This document shows, in pieces, positions 28,621-38,981 of a stretch of 46,713 nucleotides of DNA; positions within the stretch are counted from its first letter, which is position 1; every line of letters begins with the position of its first letter. The stretch spans positions 1 through 46,713 of the forward strand of contig JAIPFR010000003.1 in NCBI GenBank assembly GCA_021736525.1, given 5' to 3'. The position numbers were made by a program, and so were the translations under genes. A model generated the notes under the pieces. It saw nothing but the letters and a program-made list of their open reading frames with translations. It was not told the DNA's origin and made no database searches. The stretch comes from Spirochaetia bacterium (GTDB lineage: Bacteria; Spirochaetota; Spirochaetia; JABMQR01).

Positions 28621-28731
28621 AGAATACAACTATACGCTAGCTATTGTCAATCATATATTATCGTATTGTGCAATTATTTTTATCATTTACTATTGTTTGA
28701 TATTGAAATATAATTATTTTTAGCATATTGT
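28621..28731. promoter_or_regulatory. Divergent sigma70-type promoters
   Basis: Minus: TTGACA (28650-28645)-N18-TATTCT. Plus: TTGAAA (28703)-N17-TATTGT (28726). AT-rich intergenic region, so chance matches are possible. Confidence 0.5.
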
Positions 28732-28763
28732 GTATGCATTAACTATAAAAAGGAGAATCGGCA

Positions 28764-29717
28764 ATGAATGAATACATTCCAGCTGTGCATCGCACAATGT
28801 ATTTTATTGGAGTTACTACAAAAAAATCCTCTATAATGAAAGTCTTCCCGCTATGGGCTGATCATCTGAACCTGGATGCTGAAATAAAGGGATTTGATTT
28901 TGAGCCCCATGCAAACCCGGAGCTCTACAGGGAAGCGGTTCAATTCATTAAGAACGATCCCCTCTCGCTAGGAGCTTTGGTTACTACCCACAAAATTGAT
29001 CTGCTGAAGGCATCGAGAGATATGTTCACCAACCTTGGACAGTATGCCGAACTCTTAGGTGAAATAAGCTCAATCTCCAAGCAGGGCGATAATCTTTGGG
29101 GACATGCTAAAGATCCGATAACCAGCGGGTTGTCACTTGAGGCTATTGTCGATGGGGGATACTGGCAGAACACCCATGCAGATCTCTATCTTCTTGGAGC
29201 GGGAGGATCATCTCTGGCTTTGACCCTGTACCTCATTAACAAACGAAAAACTAATGGGGATACCCCTGATAAAATTCTTATCTCCAATCGGAGTGAAGCG
29301 AGACTGACAGAAATGAAAAAAATACACGCAGCGGTCGGAACCGGAGGAATCAATTTCGAATACTACTTGTGCCCGACGCCGGAGGAAAATGATCTCCTTG
29401 TGACAAAACTTAAACCTGGTTCCATGATAGTCAATGCCACAGGGTTGGGAAAAGACCGGCCTGGTTCACCACTGACAGATAAGGTGATTTTCCCAGAAAA
29501 TGGCATCATCTGGGATTTTAATTACCGCGGAAACCTGGTTTTTCTGGAGCAGGCAAGAAATCAGGCTGACGGACGCTCCCTCAAAGTTGAAGACGGCTGG
29601 GTCTACTTCATCCACGGCTGGACACGGGTAGTTGCTGAAGTATTCCACATTGATATACCAACCAGCGGGCAGGATTTTGATATTCTGTCAAATTTAGCTT
29701 CCTCCACCCGATTGTAA
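28764..29717 (+). CDS. Shikimate dehydrogenase-like oxidoreductase of unknown substrate
   Basis: GALVTTHK, LLGAGGS, ISNRS, IVNATGLG, WDFNY and EDGW follow the AroE-fold pattern but diverge in the substrate motifs. Confidence 0.7.
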   Translation: MNEYIPAVHRTMYFIGVTTKKSSIMKVFPLWADHLNLDAEIKGFDFEPHANPELYREAVQFIKNDPLSLGALVTTHKIDLLKASRDMFTNLGQYAELLGEISSISKQGDNLWGHAKDPITSGLSLEAIVDGGYWQNTHADLYLLGAGGSSLALTLYLINKRKTNGDTPDKILISNRSEARLTEMKKIHAAVGTGGINFEYYLCPTPEENDLLVTKLKPGSMIVNATGLGKDRPGSPLTDKVIFPENGIIWDFNYRGNLVFLEQARNQADGRSLKVEDGWVYFIHGWTRVVAEVFHIDIPTSGQDFDILSNLASSTRL

Positions 29718-29751
29718 TCGAGTGTGACCCAACAAAAGGAAAGGTAACTCT

Positions 29752-30336
29752 ATGAAACATCCATTCTATATTGAAAAACCCATATTTTTTGATCCGGCAA
29801 CAGGTTTAGCAGAATGCGAAGCCCCCCCACTCGAAAGACGCTACTCAAATATGAAGAACATGTATCTTGATGAAACCGCCAGATTACGGCTGGAACAGAC
29901 CGGCAATGATGTTATATACCGCTTCTACGAGCTGGGAGTACCTGAAAAAGAAAGTGATCTGGCATACGGTACCAGTATCGTATATCCTGGGAAGGTGGGA
30001 AATGAATACCACATGACAAACGGACATTTCCATACAATTCTCGATACAGCTGAAATTTACTACTGCCTTGCCGGCTATGGAATGATGATGATGGAGAATC
30101 CGGAGGGCGATATCCAATACAAGGAAATGCACCCTGGTGAAGCAGTATATGTACCTGGTCGTTATGCCCACAGAAGCATCAACTTATCAAATACCGAAAC
30201 ATTGATCACTTTTTATGTGTTCCGTGGTGATGCCGGCCATGATTACGGATCTATCAAGGAAAAAGGCTTCAGGAAGATTGTTGTTGAGAAAGAAGGCAGA
30301 TGGACCGTAGAAGACAACCCGAGGTGGCAATCATGA
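29752..30336 (+). CDS. Cupin-type (archaeal-like) glucose-6-phosphate isomerase family protein
   Basis: PGKVGNEYHMTNGHFH, AEIYY, YVPGRYAHRSIN and AGHDYG motifs. Confidence 0.88.
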   Translation: MKHPFYIEKPIFFDPATGLAECEAPPLERRYSNMKNMYLDETARLRLEQTGNDVIYRFYELGVPEKESDLAYGTSIVYPGKVGNEYHMTNGHFHTILDTAEIYYCLAGYGMMMMENPEGDIQYKEMHPGEAVYVPGRYAHRSINLSNTETLITFYVFRGDAGHDYGSIKEKGFRKIVVEKEGRWTVEDNPRWQS

Positions 30337-31283
30337 AAAGCAGAGGTAAAATTCTGGTAACTCCGCGTTCTCTTTCACAGAATGGTCACGAACTGTTGAG
30401 CCTGCTCACTGAAGCCGGGTATAAGGTAATAACCCCGTTTCCTGGCAGGCAGCCATCAGCCGAGGAACTGCAGAAGGTTCTTCCTGAATGTATCGGATAT
30501 CTTGCCGGTGTTGAAAAAATCTCTGGTACCATTCTTGAGCAGTGTCCTGGGCTGAAAGTAATCAGCAGAAACGGCGTAGGATTTGAGAATATCGATACAC
30601 AAGCGGCAGAAAGGCTTGGGATCGCAATAAAGATCACCCGCGGCGCAAATGCTCGCGGGGTAGCGGAACTGACTCTCGGTTTACTGTTCTCATTGATCCG
30701 AAAGATTCCTGCCATACACAACTCCGTTAAGCGAGGCGGCTGGGACCGAAGCATCGGCTTGGAAATTTATGGAAAAACGCTTGGGGTTGTGGGCACCGGT
30801 AAAATTGGAGAGCTTACAGCCCGCATGGCAGCAGCTTTGGGAATGAATATTTTGGCATACGATCTGTATCCGAACAAAGCGTTGCAGCATTCGATTCCGG
30901 CACTGAAGTATACGAACATCCGTATGCTTTTTACAGAAAGTGACATGGTGACCTTTCATTGCCCTGCGGGTGAACACCCCCTGATCAATAGGGAACTTAT
31001 TCAAGTCATGAAAAAGGGGAGCTTCATTATCAATACGTCAAGAGCGGCATTGGTGGACCAGGATGCACTGCTGGATGCCCTTGAAAGAGGTCATATTGCC
31101 GGATATGCGGTGGACGCCTTTGAAAGTGAACCTCCCTTGCTGTCGCCCCTCCTCCTTCATCCAAACACAATACTGACCGCTCACATTGGTGGTTTTACAA
31201 AGGAAAGTGTTTACCGGGCAACTCAGGAAGCAATTACAAACATTCTAGAAGTACTCCAGAACGGGGCTGGAACCGACGTCTAG
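30333..31283 (+). CDS. D-2-hydroxyacid / phosphoglycerate dehydrogenase family protein
   Basis: ISRNGVG, NARGVAE, GTGKIG, INTSRA, DAFESEP and TAHIGG motifs. ATG 30333 overlaps the previous stop (ATGA). Confidence 0.9.
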   Translation: MKSRGKILVTPRSLSQNGHELLSLLTEAGYKVITPFPGRQPSAEELQKVLPECIGYLAGVEKISGTILEQCPGLKVISRNGVGFENIDTQAAERLGIAIKITRGANARGVAELTLGLLFSLIRKIPAIHNSVKRGGWDRSIGLEIYGKTLGVVGTGKIGELTARMAAALGMNILAYDLYPNKALQHSIPALKYTNIRMLFTESDMVTFHCPAGEHPLINRELIQVMKKGSFIINTSRAALVDQDALLDALERGHIAGYAVDAFESEPPLLSPLLLHPNTILTAHIGGFTKESVYRATQEAITNILEVLQNGAGTDV

Positions 31284-31364
31284 CAGAGCAGCGAAGCTCT
31301 TGCACTGGCTTCAATTAAAGTGTTTTCTTAACAATATTGAAATACAGACCTTGATCCGCTTTTT

Positions 31365-32585
31365 TCAACCTTCGCTTCTGTCAGAATTCAATTTCGCCAG
31401 TATTTCCCGGTATTTCGGATCATATATCGTGCAGCCAATAGGCTTGTTGCTACCCAACAGCATTCCGCAGCCGCCGCAGGCAGTACACCAGTTAACCTCA
31501 CTTTCACGTTTATCCAGAACTTTCTTTGCAAAAAGGGGATCGGCTATGGCCTGCCTTCCGATACCAATCAGATCCACATATCCATGGGAAATATTATATT
31601 CGGCAAATGCTAGTAGGCTTTTCTTTTTCGGCTCACTTATAAAGAGATTATTCTGCCCATCCCTCAAATACGAATAGCCTGATCCGATAACCGGAATCGA
31701 TACCGCCTGTTTAATTGCCTTGGTCCAACTGAACAGGCGGGGCACACCTTCTGGATAGCGTGCTGTAGGAAGCAACAATTCAAGATTTGCAGCGGCATAC
31801 CCTGCAGAAACATTTATAAAATCTATCCCCTCACGCTCCATCAACTTGGCAAAAGCAGTAATTTCTGAAAGGTCCTCAAGTATTTCATCCGGTCCGGCAG
31901 TTCCGCAACCGCCTGGAATACCCTCAAATGGGGATATTCGAGAACCAATAATAAAGTTGGCGTCAGGAATTCGCCTCCGCATTTCATGGTATGTCTCACG
32001 AAAGAATCTTGTCCTGTTTTTGAAACTTCCCCCATACTGATCAGAACGGTTGTTTGCCGGGTGCAGAAAGTCATCTGCAAGAAATCCATGCGCCTGCTTA
32101 AAATCGACACCATCTGCTCCCGCCTTCCATGAGAGAACTGCACACGCGACAAAATCCTCTCTTGCCTGCTCCACCTCAAACGTAGAAAGGACATGGATAT
32201 CTGGAACATCAGATCTAGCATACACAGCTGCCGGAGCCTTGAAAGCAGGGTCGCTCAATCTTCCGGCATGGCTCAACTGAAAAATTATCAAAGACTGTCC
32301 GTTAACAGCACGAATCCTGCGAACCAGCTCGCTGAACCCGGACAGGTTTCCTTCATTCAGCACCATGCGATTCGATCGAACCTGGGTTTCATTGGTAACA
32401 TCAATGGACTCAATATGAATAATACCCGGAAATCCAGCCGCCAATGCCTCATACCGGTTAAAGGTTATTTCTGTGGGACATCCCTGCGGTGTACAGTTAT
32501 TAGATTCTGTCGGTTGATATACAATTCTTGAGGGAACAACCCTGCCCCCCATGGACATGCTCTTAGAAATTGAATGCAGCAGCAT
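31365..32585 (-). CDS. NADH:flavin oxidoreductase (old yellow enzyme family) with C-terminal Cys cluster
   Basis: QLSHAGR, AGADGVDFKQAHGFL, NNRSDQYGGS and IGIGRQ motifs; CTACGGC-X11-C is a probable 4Fe-4S site. Confidence 0.88.
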   Translation of the reverse strand: MLLHSISKSMSMGGRVVPSRIVYQPTESNNCTPQGCPTEITFNRYEALAAGFPGIIHIESIDVTNETQVRSNRMVLNEGNLSGFSELVRRIRAVNGQSLIIFQLSHAGRLSDPAFKAPAAVYARSDVPDIHVLSTFEVEQAREDFVACAVLSWKAGADGVDFKQAHGFLADDFLHPANNRSDQYGGSFKNRTRFFRETYHEMRRRIPDANFIIGSRISPFEGIPGGCGTAGPDEILEDLSEITAFAKLMEREGIDFINVSAGYAAANLELLLPTARYPEGVPRLFSWTKAIKQAVSIPVIGSGYSYLRDGQNNLFISEPKKKSLLAFAEYNISHGYVDLIGIGRQAIADPLFAKKVLDKRESEVNWCTACGGCGMLLGSNKPIGCTIYDPKYREILAKLNSDRSEG

Positions 32586-32705
32586 ATGACACTCCTTAAT
32601 AAAATTCTTGGGAAAGCTGCAAAAAACACTGCTGCCCCTTAGATAGACAGGACAGCAGCAACGGATATGCCGGACAGCCAGTGACTATACAATACAGAAG
32701 GTCTG

Positions 32706-33716
32706 CTACAGGTCGGGAAGAAACTCCTCTGGAATCTGATCATCACCTATCCACCACCAGTCGGAAAGTTCCGGCCGGACAAAAACCTTTATTTCATCCG
32801 GACCCATACCGCTGACATTAATATAGTGAATTTTATCCACAACCTCACCCTGCATTGCTTTCAGAAGTATGCGTACAGATTCTGCCGACAGTTTTGTTGT
32901 CATGGGATAAACATATCCCGGGATATTGTTCTCAACCAAGAACTTTGCATATCCGTTAAGCTGATCGCCAGTAGAAGGTACAAGTTTCCTGCCGGCTTCC
33001 TCCATAGATTCAAGTGCTGGCCAGGACATCAGCCCTGAATCCGCCCAGATACCATCGATCTGAGGAAAAGCATTCATCACAGCCTCCATAATGCTTTTCG
33101 TTTTTGTTGCTGACCAATCACAATACTGGTGATCTAGAATCTCTATACCGGGGTTGGCTGAAAACACCTCTCTCGCTCCGGTAAGACGTTCCTCCGCTGT
33201 AGTATTTCCGGCAATACCGCTCAGCATCATCACCTTGCCCTTTCCTCCCAGTTGTTCAACCAGCCACTGAGCTTGAGAACGGCCAAAGTCAAGAAGATCC
33301 TGTGTTACCAGAGAAGTATATTTGTCTGTGGCGATGCTGCCGCCGAAAACAACTACGGGAATCCCGGCTTCATAAGCTCGTTCAATCGCCGGAGCTATAA
33401 CCTCGCCAACTGTTGGATACACAATAAGCCCGTCAATACCTTTTGATATGAGATCATCGATATCTGCAATTTGTTTTTCCGGCCGCTCATCGGCATTGGT
33501 TATGTAGAATTTACTTATTTCCGGATGAACTGCCGCCTCAGCAAGAAAATTGCTTTGAAGAAATTGACGCCAGGAATCGCCCATTCCGGCATTACTCCAT
33601 CCAATAGTAAAAGTCCCATCAGCATCACTACTCTCCGCATCTCCTGCAGCAGCGAGGGGCAGCCCTGCAGCCATCAGCATAAAGAACAATAGAATTCCCA
33701 TCATTTTCAGCTTCAT
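32706..33716 (-). CDS. Stand-alone sugar ABC substrate-binding protein, paralog of 40586-41623
   Basis: Signal peptide; shares TNADERPEKQIADIDDL, MLSGIAG, PQIDGIWADSGLMS and LSDWWW.GDDQIPEEFLP with 40586-41623. Confidence 0.9.
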   Translation of the reverse strand: MKLKMMGILLFFMLMAAGLPLAAAGDAESSDADGTFTIGWSNAGMGDSWRQFLQSNFLAEAAVHPEISKFYITNADERPEKQIADIDDLISKGIDGLIVYPTVGEVIAPAIERAYEAGIPVVVFGGSIATDKYTSLVTQDLLDFGRSQAQWLVEQLGGKGKVMMLSGIAGNTTAEERLTGAREVFSANPGIEILDHQYCDWSATKTKSIMEAVMNAFPQIDGIWADSGLMSWPALESMEEAGRKLVPSTGDQLNGYAKFLVENNIPGYVYPMTTKLSAESVRILLKAMQGEVVDKIHYINVSGMGPDEIKVFVRPELSDWWWIGDDQIPEEFLPDL

Positions 33717-33921
33717 CGTATACTCCTTTTTAATAGCGTTTACTGTCGATTATTATCGTATAATCATTTTTTTATAGTAATATTCAATAACGCTTCTGTA
33801 TATGGAGAAAAATGACCAATCTTTGGGACATTTCTTTCTATAGAGGATATTGAGTTTGCGATATATCATCCAATGGTTTACTATACACGTATGATCTTTA
33901 GCCTGTAACAGTCATCATAAT

Positions 33922-35802
33922 ATGAAGATGCAAAAAAGCCTTCCACGGACACGGAGTATACAGAACCTGCTCTCTATCAACAACTTTATAACACTGCTGT
34001 TCACGGTATTGATTTTTTCACTATCTTTTTTCTTCTATACCTCCAATATCCTTATGGAGCGTGGCAGAATATCGTTATTTCAGCTCAGCACTCAGATTTC
34101 GGACAATCTTGGTGCTGAGCTTAAAAAAATGAGCACCCTGGCTTTGAATATAACCTATTCAAAACAACTTAAAACTACTATTAAATCTCACTTGAGTATT
34201 GTGGAACAACACGAAGAAACTGAATCACACAAGCAGCATCTTTACCGAAATACGGTCGGTATAATCAATATTGTCGAAGAGATTACCGGACCGTATAAGA
34301 CCGTTCCTCAGGTCAATATTATATTACCAGATTTGTACAGCATCGGAAGTGGTTTATACTCAATGATCCAGCCCATTCAAAAAAATACAGCCATCATACT
34401 CTCTTCGTACAATACAACTGCAGGCGCCCTCTTTTATTCCAATCTTCATGGGGATATGCATGCAAACCAGCAGCTGAAGTCATCCGAATACCCCCTGTAC
34501 ATTTCACTTTTTAAAACAATATTCGATGAATATCACAAGCCGCTTGGAATCCTCGAAGTAATGCAGTACGCAGATACATTGTTTTCTGACTTAAGTATGA
34601 TTGAGGAACGGATTATGGTTTTCGACAAAACCGGGGTACAGATCTATCCAACCACCGTTCCCATGGGAAGTGTTTATGTCGATATAGCAGACAGGAAACA
34701 CCGTAATACTATTATAAATTTTACTAATCCCATATCCGGAAAACATGAGATGGTGGCTGTAACCGAAATTATTGAACCTGGCTGGGTTGTGCTGACTATT
34801 ACCGAACGAAGCCGATATTTATTACCTTTATACAAATTCATAATGATAATTGTGATAATCAGCCTTATCATTTTAGGCATCGGTTTCTTGATTTCAGCTA
34901 TGCTGTCTCGCAAAATAACAATGCCGCTAAAGGATCTCAATCATAAAATCAGCCGCCTTGACTGGACCGAAACCAAGAGCAGTGCCGACCTGGATAACAA
35001 AACCCCTTCATTATCCCTCAAAGAGGTAGATGAGCTGCACATTACTTTTCAAGCCATGAACAAGAAGCTTGACTCCACACTATCACATATAGTTGCTGAG
35101 AAGACCCTTGAAACCCAATCCCGCTTGCTGGCACTTCAGGCTCAAATGGATCCGCATTTTATTTATAACATGCTTGCAACGCTGAGTATTATGGCTGAAG
35201 ATGGTGAAACAAAGGAAATTGTGGAAACAATAAACCATATGACCAGCATGCTTCGATATATTGCGGACGGATCAAACACACTCTCAACTCTGCGGAAAGA
35301 ATTGGAAATCACTGAGCACTACATTTCCTGCACGAAAATTCGATTCGGAACCAGGCTGCAGTATACTGCTGAGGTAAGCAAAGAGGCAGAGACTATTCCA
35401 ATACCCCGTCATGTTATTCTGCCCATTGTGGAAAATGCTGTAAAATATGGTATGGATGACAATCCGCCATGGATAATAACCCTGAACGCGGAATTCATAA
35501 AGGACCATACCTGCGATGATGGGGTATCAATCAATGCAAGACGACAATGGAGGATTACTATCAGAGACAATGGACCGGGATTTAAACAGAAACCATTGAA
35601 TAAACTACTCTCTAGTATGGAGTTATGCCGTACTGACAAGAGAAGGCAGCTTGATTTCCATATTAACGGAATGGGACTGATCAATCTCTATTCCCGCCTC
35701 CTGATCCATTACGGCGAATCACTGCTGTTTGAAGTTAACAACCTTCCTGGTGGTGCGGGTACTGAAATTCGCATAGGAGGATTCATTGGACAACTTGATT
35801 AA
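33922..35802 (+). CDS. YesM/LytS-type membrane sensor histidine kinase
   Basis: Two TM segments, HAMP-like region, LQAQMDPHFIYN, LPIVENAVKYG, DNGPG and GMGLINL motifs. Confidence 0.9.
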   Translation: MKMQKSLPRTRSIQNLLSINNFITLLFTVLIFSLSFFFYTSNILMERGRISLFQLSTQISDNLGAELKKMSTLALNITYSKQLKTTIKSHLSIVEQHEETESHKQHLYRNTVGIINIVEEITGPYKTVPQVNIILPDLYSIGSGLYSMIQPIQKNTAIILSSYNTTAGALFYSNLHGDMHANQQLKSSEYPLYISLFKTIFDEYHKPLGILEVMQYADTLFSDLSMIEERIMVFDKTGVQIYPTTVPMGSVYVDIADRKHRNTIINFTNPISGKHEMVAVTEIIEPGWVVLTITERSRYLLPLYKFIMIIVIISLIILGIGFLISAMLSRKITMPLKDLNHKISRLDWTETKSSADLDNKTPSLSLKEVDELHITFQAMNKKLDSTLSHIVAEKTLETQSRLLALQAQMDPHFIYNMLATLSIMAEDGETKEIVETINHMTSMLRYIADGSNTLSTLRKELEITEHYISCTKIRFGTRLQYTAEVSKEAETIPIPRHVILPIVENAVKYGMDDNPPWIITLNAEFIKDHTCDDGVSINARRQWRITIRDNGPGFKQKPLNKLLSSMELCRTDKRRQLDFHINGMGLINLYSRLLIHYGESLLFEVNNLPGGAGTEIRIGGFIGQLD

Positions 35803-36556
35803 ATACACATACATCATCGCTGAAGATGAAGAGCGTATCAGGAAAAACCTGATTAAAAAGATTAATGCTCATGATGAACGTTTTATGCTTCTCGATGAAG
35901 CATTCAACGGTGAACAGGCTCTGGCAGGCATTCATCGTAAACAGCCTGATATTCTTTTCACAGATATAAGAATGCCAGGTATGGACGGTCTGAAGCTTAT
36001 CGAGAATATCTACTACCAGTATCCTGATATTTGCATTGTGATCATTTCCGGATATGAGGATTTTTCCTATGCTCAGAGAGCTATCCAGTTCGGCGTCTTT
36101 GATTACCTGCTCAAACCGGTCAAAATCGGTGAACTGGCCGGAACCCTGGTAAAACTTGCTGTGCATATAGCAAAAAAACATTCCGAGATGAAGGACAATG
36201 CAGCAGTCTACTCCTCCAACCTTTCCGGGAAGGCACTCGCCCAGGGGGTTATGGAGTATCTGCGCAGCCACTATACCGAGGATATTTCCATTCAATCACT
36301 AGCCGGGCAATTCTATGTGAACCCAACATATATGACCAGAATAGTAAAAGAATACAGCGGCAAGACACCAACCCGATTCATTACGGATCTACGCATACAG
36401 CAAGCCAAGCACCTGATAATCAGCGCTGAGAAACTGGAAATCAAAGAGATTGCCTATGCATCAGGATACAGCGATCAAGGATATTTCACCCGAGTTTTTA
36501 AAAAGGCGACCGGTAAAAGTCCAAGCGATTACCGTGCGGATTACAAAAACAGATGA
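35786..36556 (+). CDS. YesN-like response regulator with AraC output domain
   Basis: IAEDE, FTDIRMPGMDG and DYLLKP receiver motifs; C-terminal GYSDQGYFTRVFKKATGKSPSDYR. Confidence 0.93.
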   Translation: MDNLIKYTYIIAEDEERIRKNLIKKINAHDERFMLLDEAFNGEQALAGIHRKQPDILFTDIRMPGMDGLKLIENIYYQYPDICIVIISGYEDFSYAQRAIQFGVFDYLLKPVKIGELAGTLVKLAVHIAKKHSEMKDNAAVYSSNLSGKALAQGVMEYLRSHYTEDISIQSLAGQFYVNPTYMTRIVKEYSGKTPTRFITDLRIQQAKHLIISAEKLEIKEIAYASGYSDQGYFTRVFKKATGKSPSDYRADYKNR

Positions 36557-36624
36557 GCAGTCTTTTCCCTCGTCTCAATCTTATTCGGCTAATACCTTAA
36601 TTGCATGCAAGGAACCTGGACAGT

Positions 36625-37947
36625 CTAAAACTCCTCTGCCTCCAGCTTCATAATATTTGCAAGTACTTTCAACTCATTAGAAAAATCCCCTTCCATCAGA
36701 AGAATATGATGTGAATACACCCGCTCCATAAAGGTCTTCCCATCCTGAACTTCAACAACTCCGCCGTTACGACAATCGGAAATTGAATCATACTGCACGT
36801 ATCCCTTTAAAAGCGCTTTCACAGACATGAGCTTTTCCATAGCAGCATCAAGCTTTGATATAGTTACCGGACCGATTTTCATCCTTGCATCAAATACATG
36901 TGCATTTTCATTCACAATCTCAAGAACCGGCTTTCTTATCTGCCATTCTGAGCTGAGAGACCTGGGAAGCAGACCAAAGTATCCGCAGTGGGCAAGGAGT
37001 ATGTGATCTTCCGGATTCTCTACAATCTCAGGAAAGCTTGGAATCTTCTCATGTTTTAAAGCCGACATCCCCATCAGAAATGGGTAAATGTTCGTCATCA
37101 TGATTGGTTTCTGAAAGGTCTTATACAGCAGATGCATGGTAGTAAGCGTCACTGTGTCACCTTCACAAGCCCACATCATGTTACGTTCTTCAAAAAGCCT
37201 GTCCCAAGCCAGGCAGGGAGTGGACTGACAAGAGGCCGACTCATTCAGACAATTGGTCCCCATGCCAATAATATTGTCAGAATCAATAGCTTCATCAAGA
37301 GCAAGATACAATTTGACCGCATTGAGGGCCATCTGCTCTGTGAAGCCGCTGCCAACTGCATAATCCCACTTTTTCCACACTGCCCTTGCATCAGTATCGC
37401 TGAATCGACTAGCTCGTTCGCCCAGCACTTTCAGACTTCTCCGTTCAATAGAAGTTCCGAATTTTTCCTTGATATTTCTCGTAGCCTCATCTTCCCACCA
37501 GAAAAAAGATTTGAAAATATCAGGCTGAAACCCTTCACCTGGATTGTCCTGAAATATGAGAAACTTGGACTCTTTCATCTCGCGCTTTACTGCAACCATA
37601 CGGCAATAAAGAAGGGTCTGATCCAGATTATAGGGGGCTAAAGTCACAACCCCTTTTGCTTTAAGATAATTGGCAATCTCCCAATCCCACATCGACACAG
37701 TACCAAACTCCGAAGTGATAAGAAAAATTGGTACAGTTATTGCTCTAAAAGCCTCAATACTGCGGTAGGCTTCGCCGAGGATCTCAGGAAAAACAACGGC
37801 ATCACATTCCGGTATATAATCACCAAGGGCAACGGGATTCAGGAAATCAGATGACTCAGCCAGCAGGGTACGTAAAAGACGCAGCTGTATATCGAATTTT
37901 TCAGTCCGGTTCTCCCGGAAGTAGAGTGGTACCAGTTTTGCTTTCAT
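36625..37947 (-). CDS. Divergent FucI/AraA-fold sugar isomerase-like protein
   Basis: TPCLA, WACEGD, LAHCG, GPVTISK and SHHILL resemble the L-fucose/L-arabinose isomerase C-terminal motifs. ATG 37947 has an AAGGAG RBS and is preferred over 38016. Confidence 0.65.
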   Translation of the reverse strand: MKAKLVPLYFRENRTEKFDIQLRLLRTLLAESSDFLNPVALGDYIPECDAVVFPEILGEAYRSIEAFRAITVPIFLITSEFGTVSMWDWEIANYLKAKGVVTLAPYNLDQTLLYCRMVAVKREMKESKFLIFQDNPGEGFQPDIFKSFFWWEDEATRNIKEKFGTSIERRSLKVLGERASRFSDTDARAVWKKWDYAVGSGFTEQMALNAVKLYLALDEAIDSDNIIGMGTNCLNESASCQSTPCLAWDRLFEERNMMWACEGDTVTLTTMHLLYKTFQKPIMMTNIYPFLMGMSALKHEKIPSFPEIVENPEDHILLAHCGYFGLLPRSLSSEWQIRKPVLEIVNENAHVFDARMKIGPVTISKLDAAMEKLMSVKALLKGYVQYDSISDCRNGGVVEVQDGKTFMERVYSHHILLMEGDFSNELKVLANIMKLEAEEF

Positions 37948-38012
37948 TTTCCAATTTCTCCTTTTACTGCATTTCACTCCATACGAACTGTCGGTGTTAT
38001 CAACCTTGTGCA

Positions 38013-38969
38013 TCAACGTTTTTTCACTTTATTGAATGCAACAGCCAGTATAAGAATTGATCCTTTCAAAAACATTTGGATATACGGATTAATATCCAGC
38101 AGATTCATGATATTCGAGAAGATAGTGAGAGTCAGAACACCACCGACTATACCAAGAGGACTGCCCACACCACCTGCCAGAGAAATTCCTCCGATTACCG
38201 ATGCTGTAATCGTATCAAGTTCATAATTACTCCCCGCTGTCGGTCCTCCCCCACCCATTCTTGCGGCGAGAAAGACAGCAGCAAGCCCGACAAGCACCCC
38301 CCCGAATACATAGGTCATAAAACGAACCTTTGTTACTGCTATTCCTGATATCCTTGAAATATGCTGGTCACTACCCACTGCATAGACCAGTTTACCGCTT
38401 TTATGCCTCTTTAAAAGCATATAGACAATACCGAATATCACCAGGAAAAAAAGAAAACTGAAGGGAATGGCCAGCAGTTTTCCCTCTGCAATGTAACGGA
38501 AAGATCGCGGGATGCCGCCAATAGGTTTTTTTGTGAAAAAATAGATCAGCCCCTGCAGAATCATGCTGGTAGCCAGAGTTCCCATGAATGCCGGTATCCG
38601 CAAGATCACAACAAAAAAACCGTTCAGAGAGCCGATCAGCATAGCGGTAACCAAAACTGCAATAAGAACAGTTATCGGGGTCATGTCCGGAAACATCTTG
38701 AATAAAATCGCCGCCATCGTCGTAAGCAGAGAAACAGCAGCGCCAATCGACATATCAATCCCTCCGGAAAGCATGATCAAAGCCTGAGCAAGGGAAGCTA
38801 TACCTAAACCCACTGGCTGAATCAACAATACATTTCGCATATTTCTTCCGGTAAGAAATATGGGACTGCTGATTGCACTGAACACCAGCAAACCGAACAG
38901 GATAAACCAGACGAAGTTACTTGAAGAAATGTTAAGCCTTAATTTGCGATTATTTACTGACATAATCAT
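38013..38969 (-). CDS. Sugar ABC transporter permease
   Basis: SGGIDMSIG, IPAFMGTLA and YELDTITASVIGGISLAGG motifs. Confidence 0.92.
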   Translation of the reverse strand: MIMSVNNRKLRLNISSSNFVWFILFGLLVFSAISSPIFLTGRNMRNVLLIQPVGLGIASLAQALIMLSGGIDMSIGAAVSLLTTMAAILFKMFPDMTPITVLIAVLVTAMLIGSLNGFFVVILRIPAFMGTLATSMILQGLIYFFTKKPIGGIPRSFRYIAEGKLLAIPFSFLFFLVIFGIVYMLLKRHKSGKLVYAVGSDQHISRISGIAVTKVRFMTYVFGGVLVGLAAVFLAARMGGGGPTAGSNYELDTITASVIGGISLAGGVGSPLGIVGGVLTLTIFSNIMNLLDINPYIQMFLKGSILILAVAFNKVKKR

Positions 38970-38981
38970 ATTGTGCCTGCC

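Noticed and set aside
28764-31283. Annotating aroE and serA as amino-acid biosynthesis genes
   Set aside because: The AroE-like substrate motifs are divergent, the dehydrogenase lacks a SerA ACT domain, and the context is sugar catabolism, so only family-level calls were kept.
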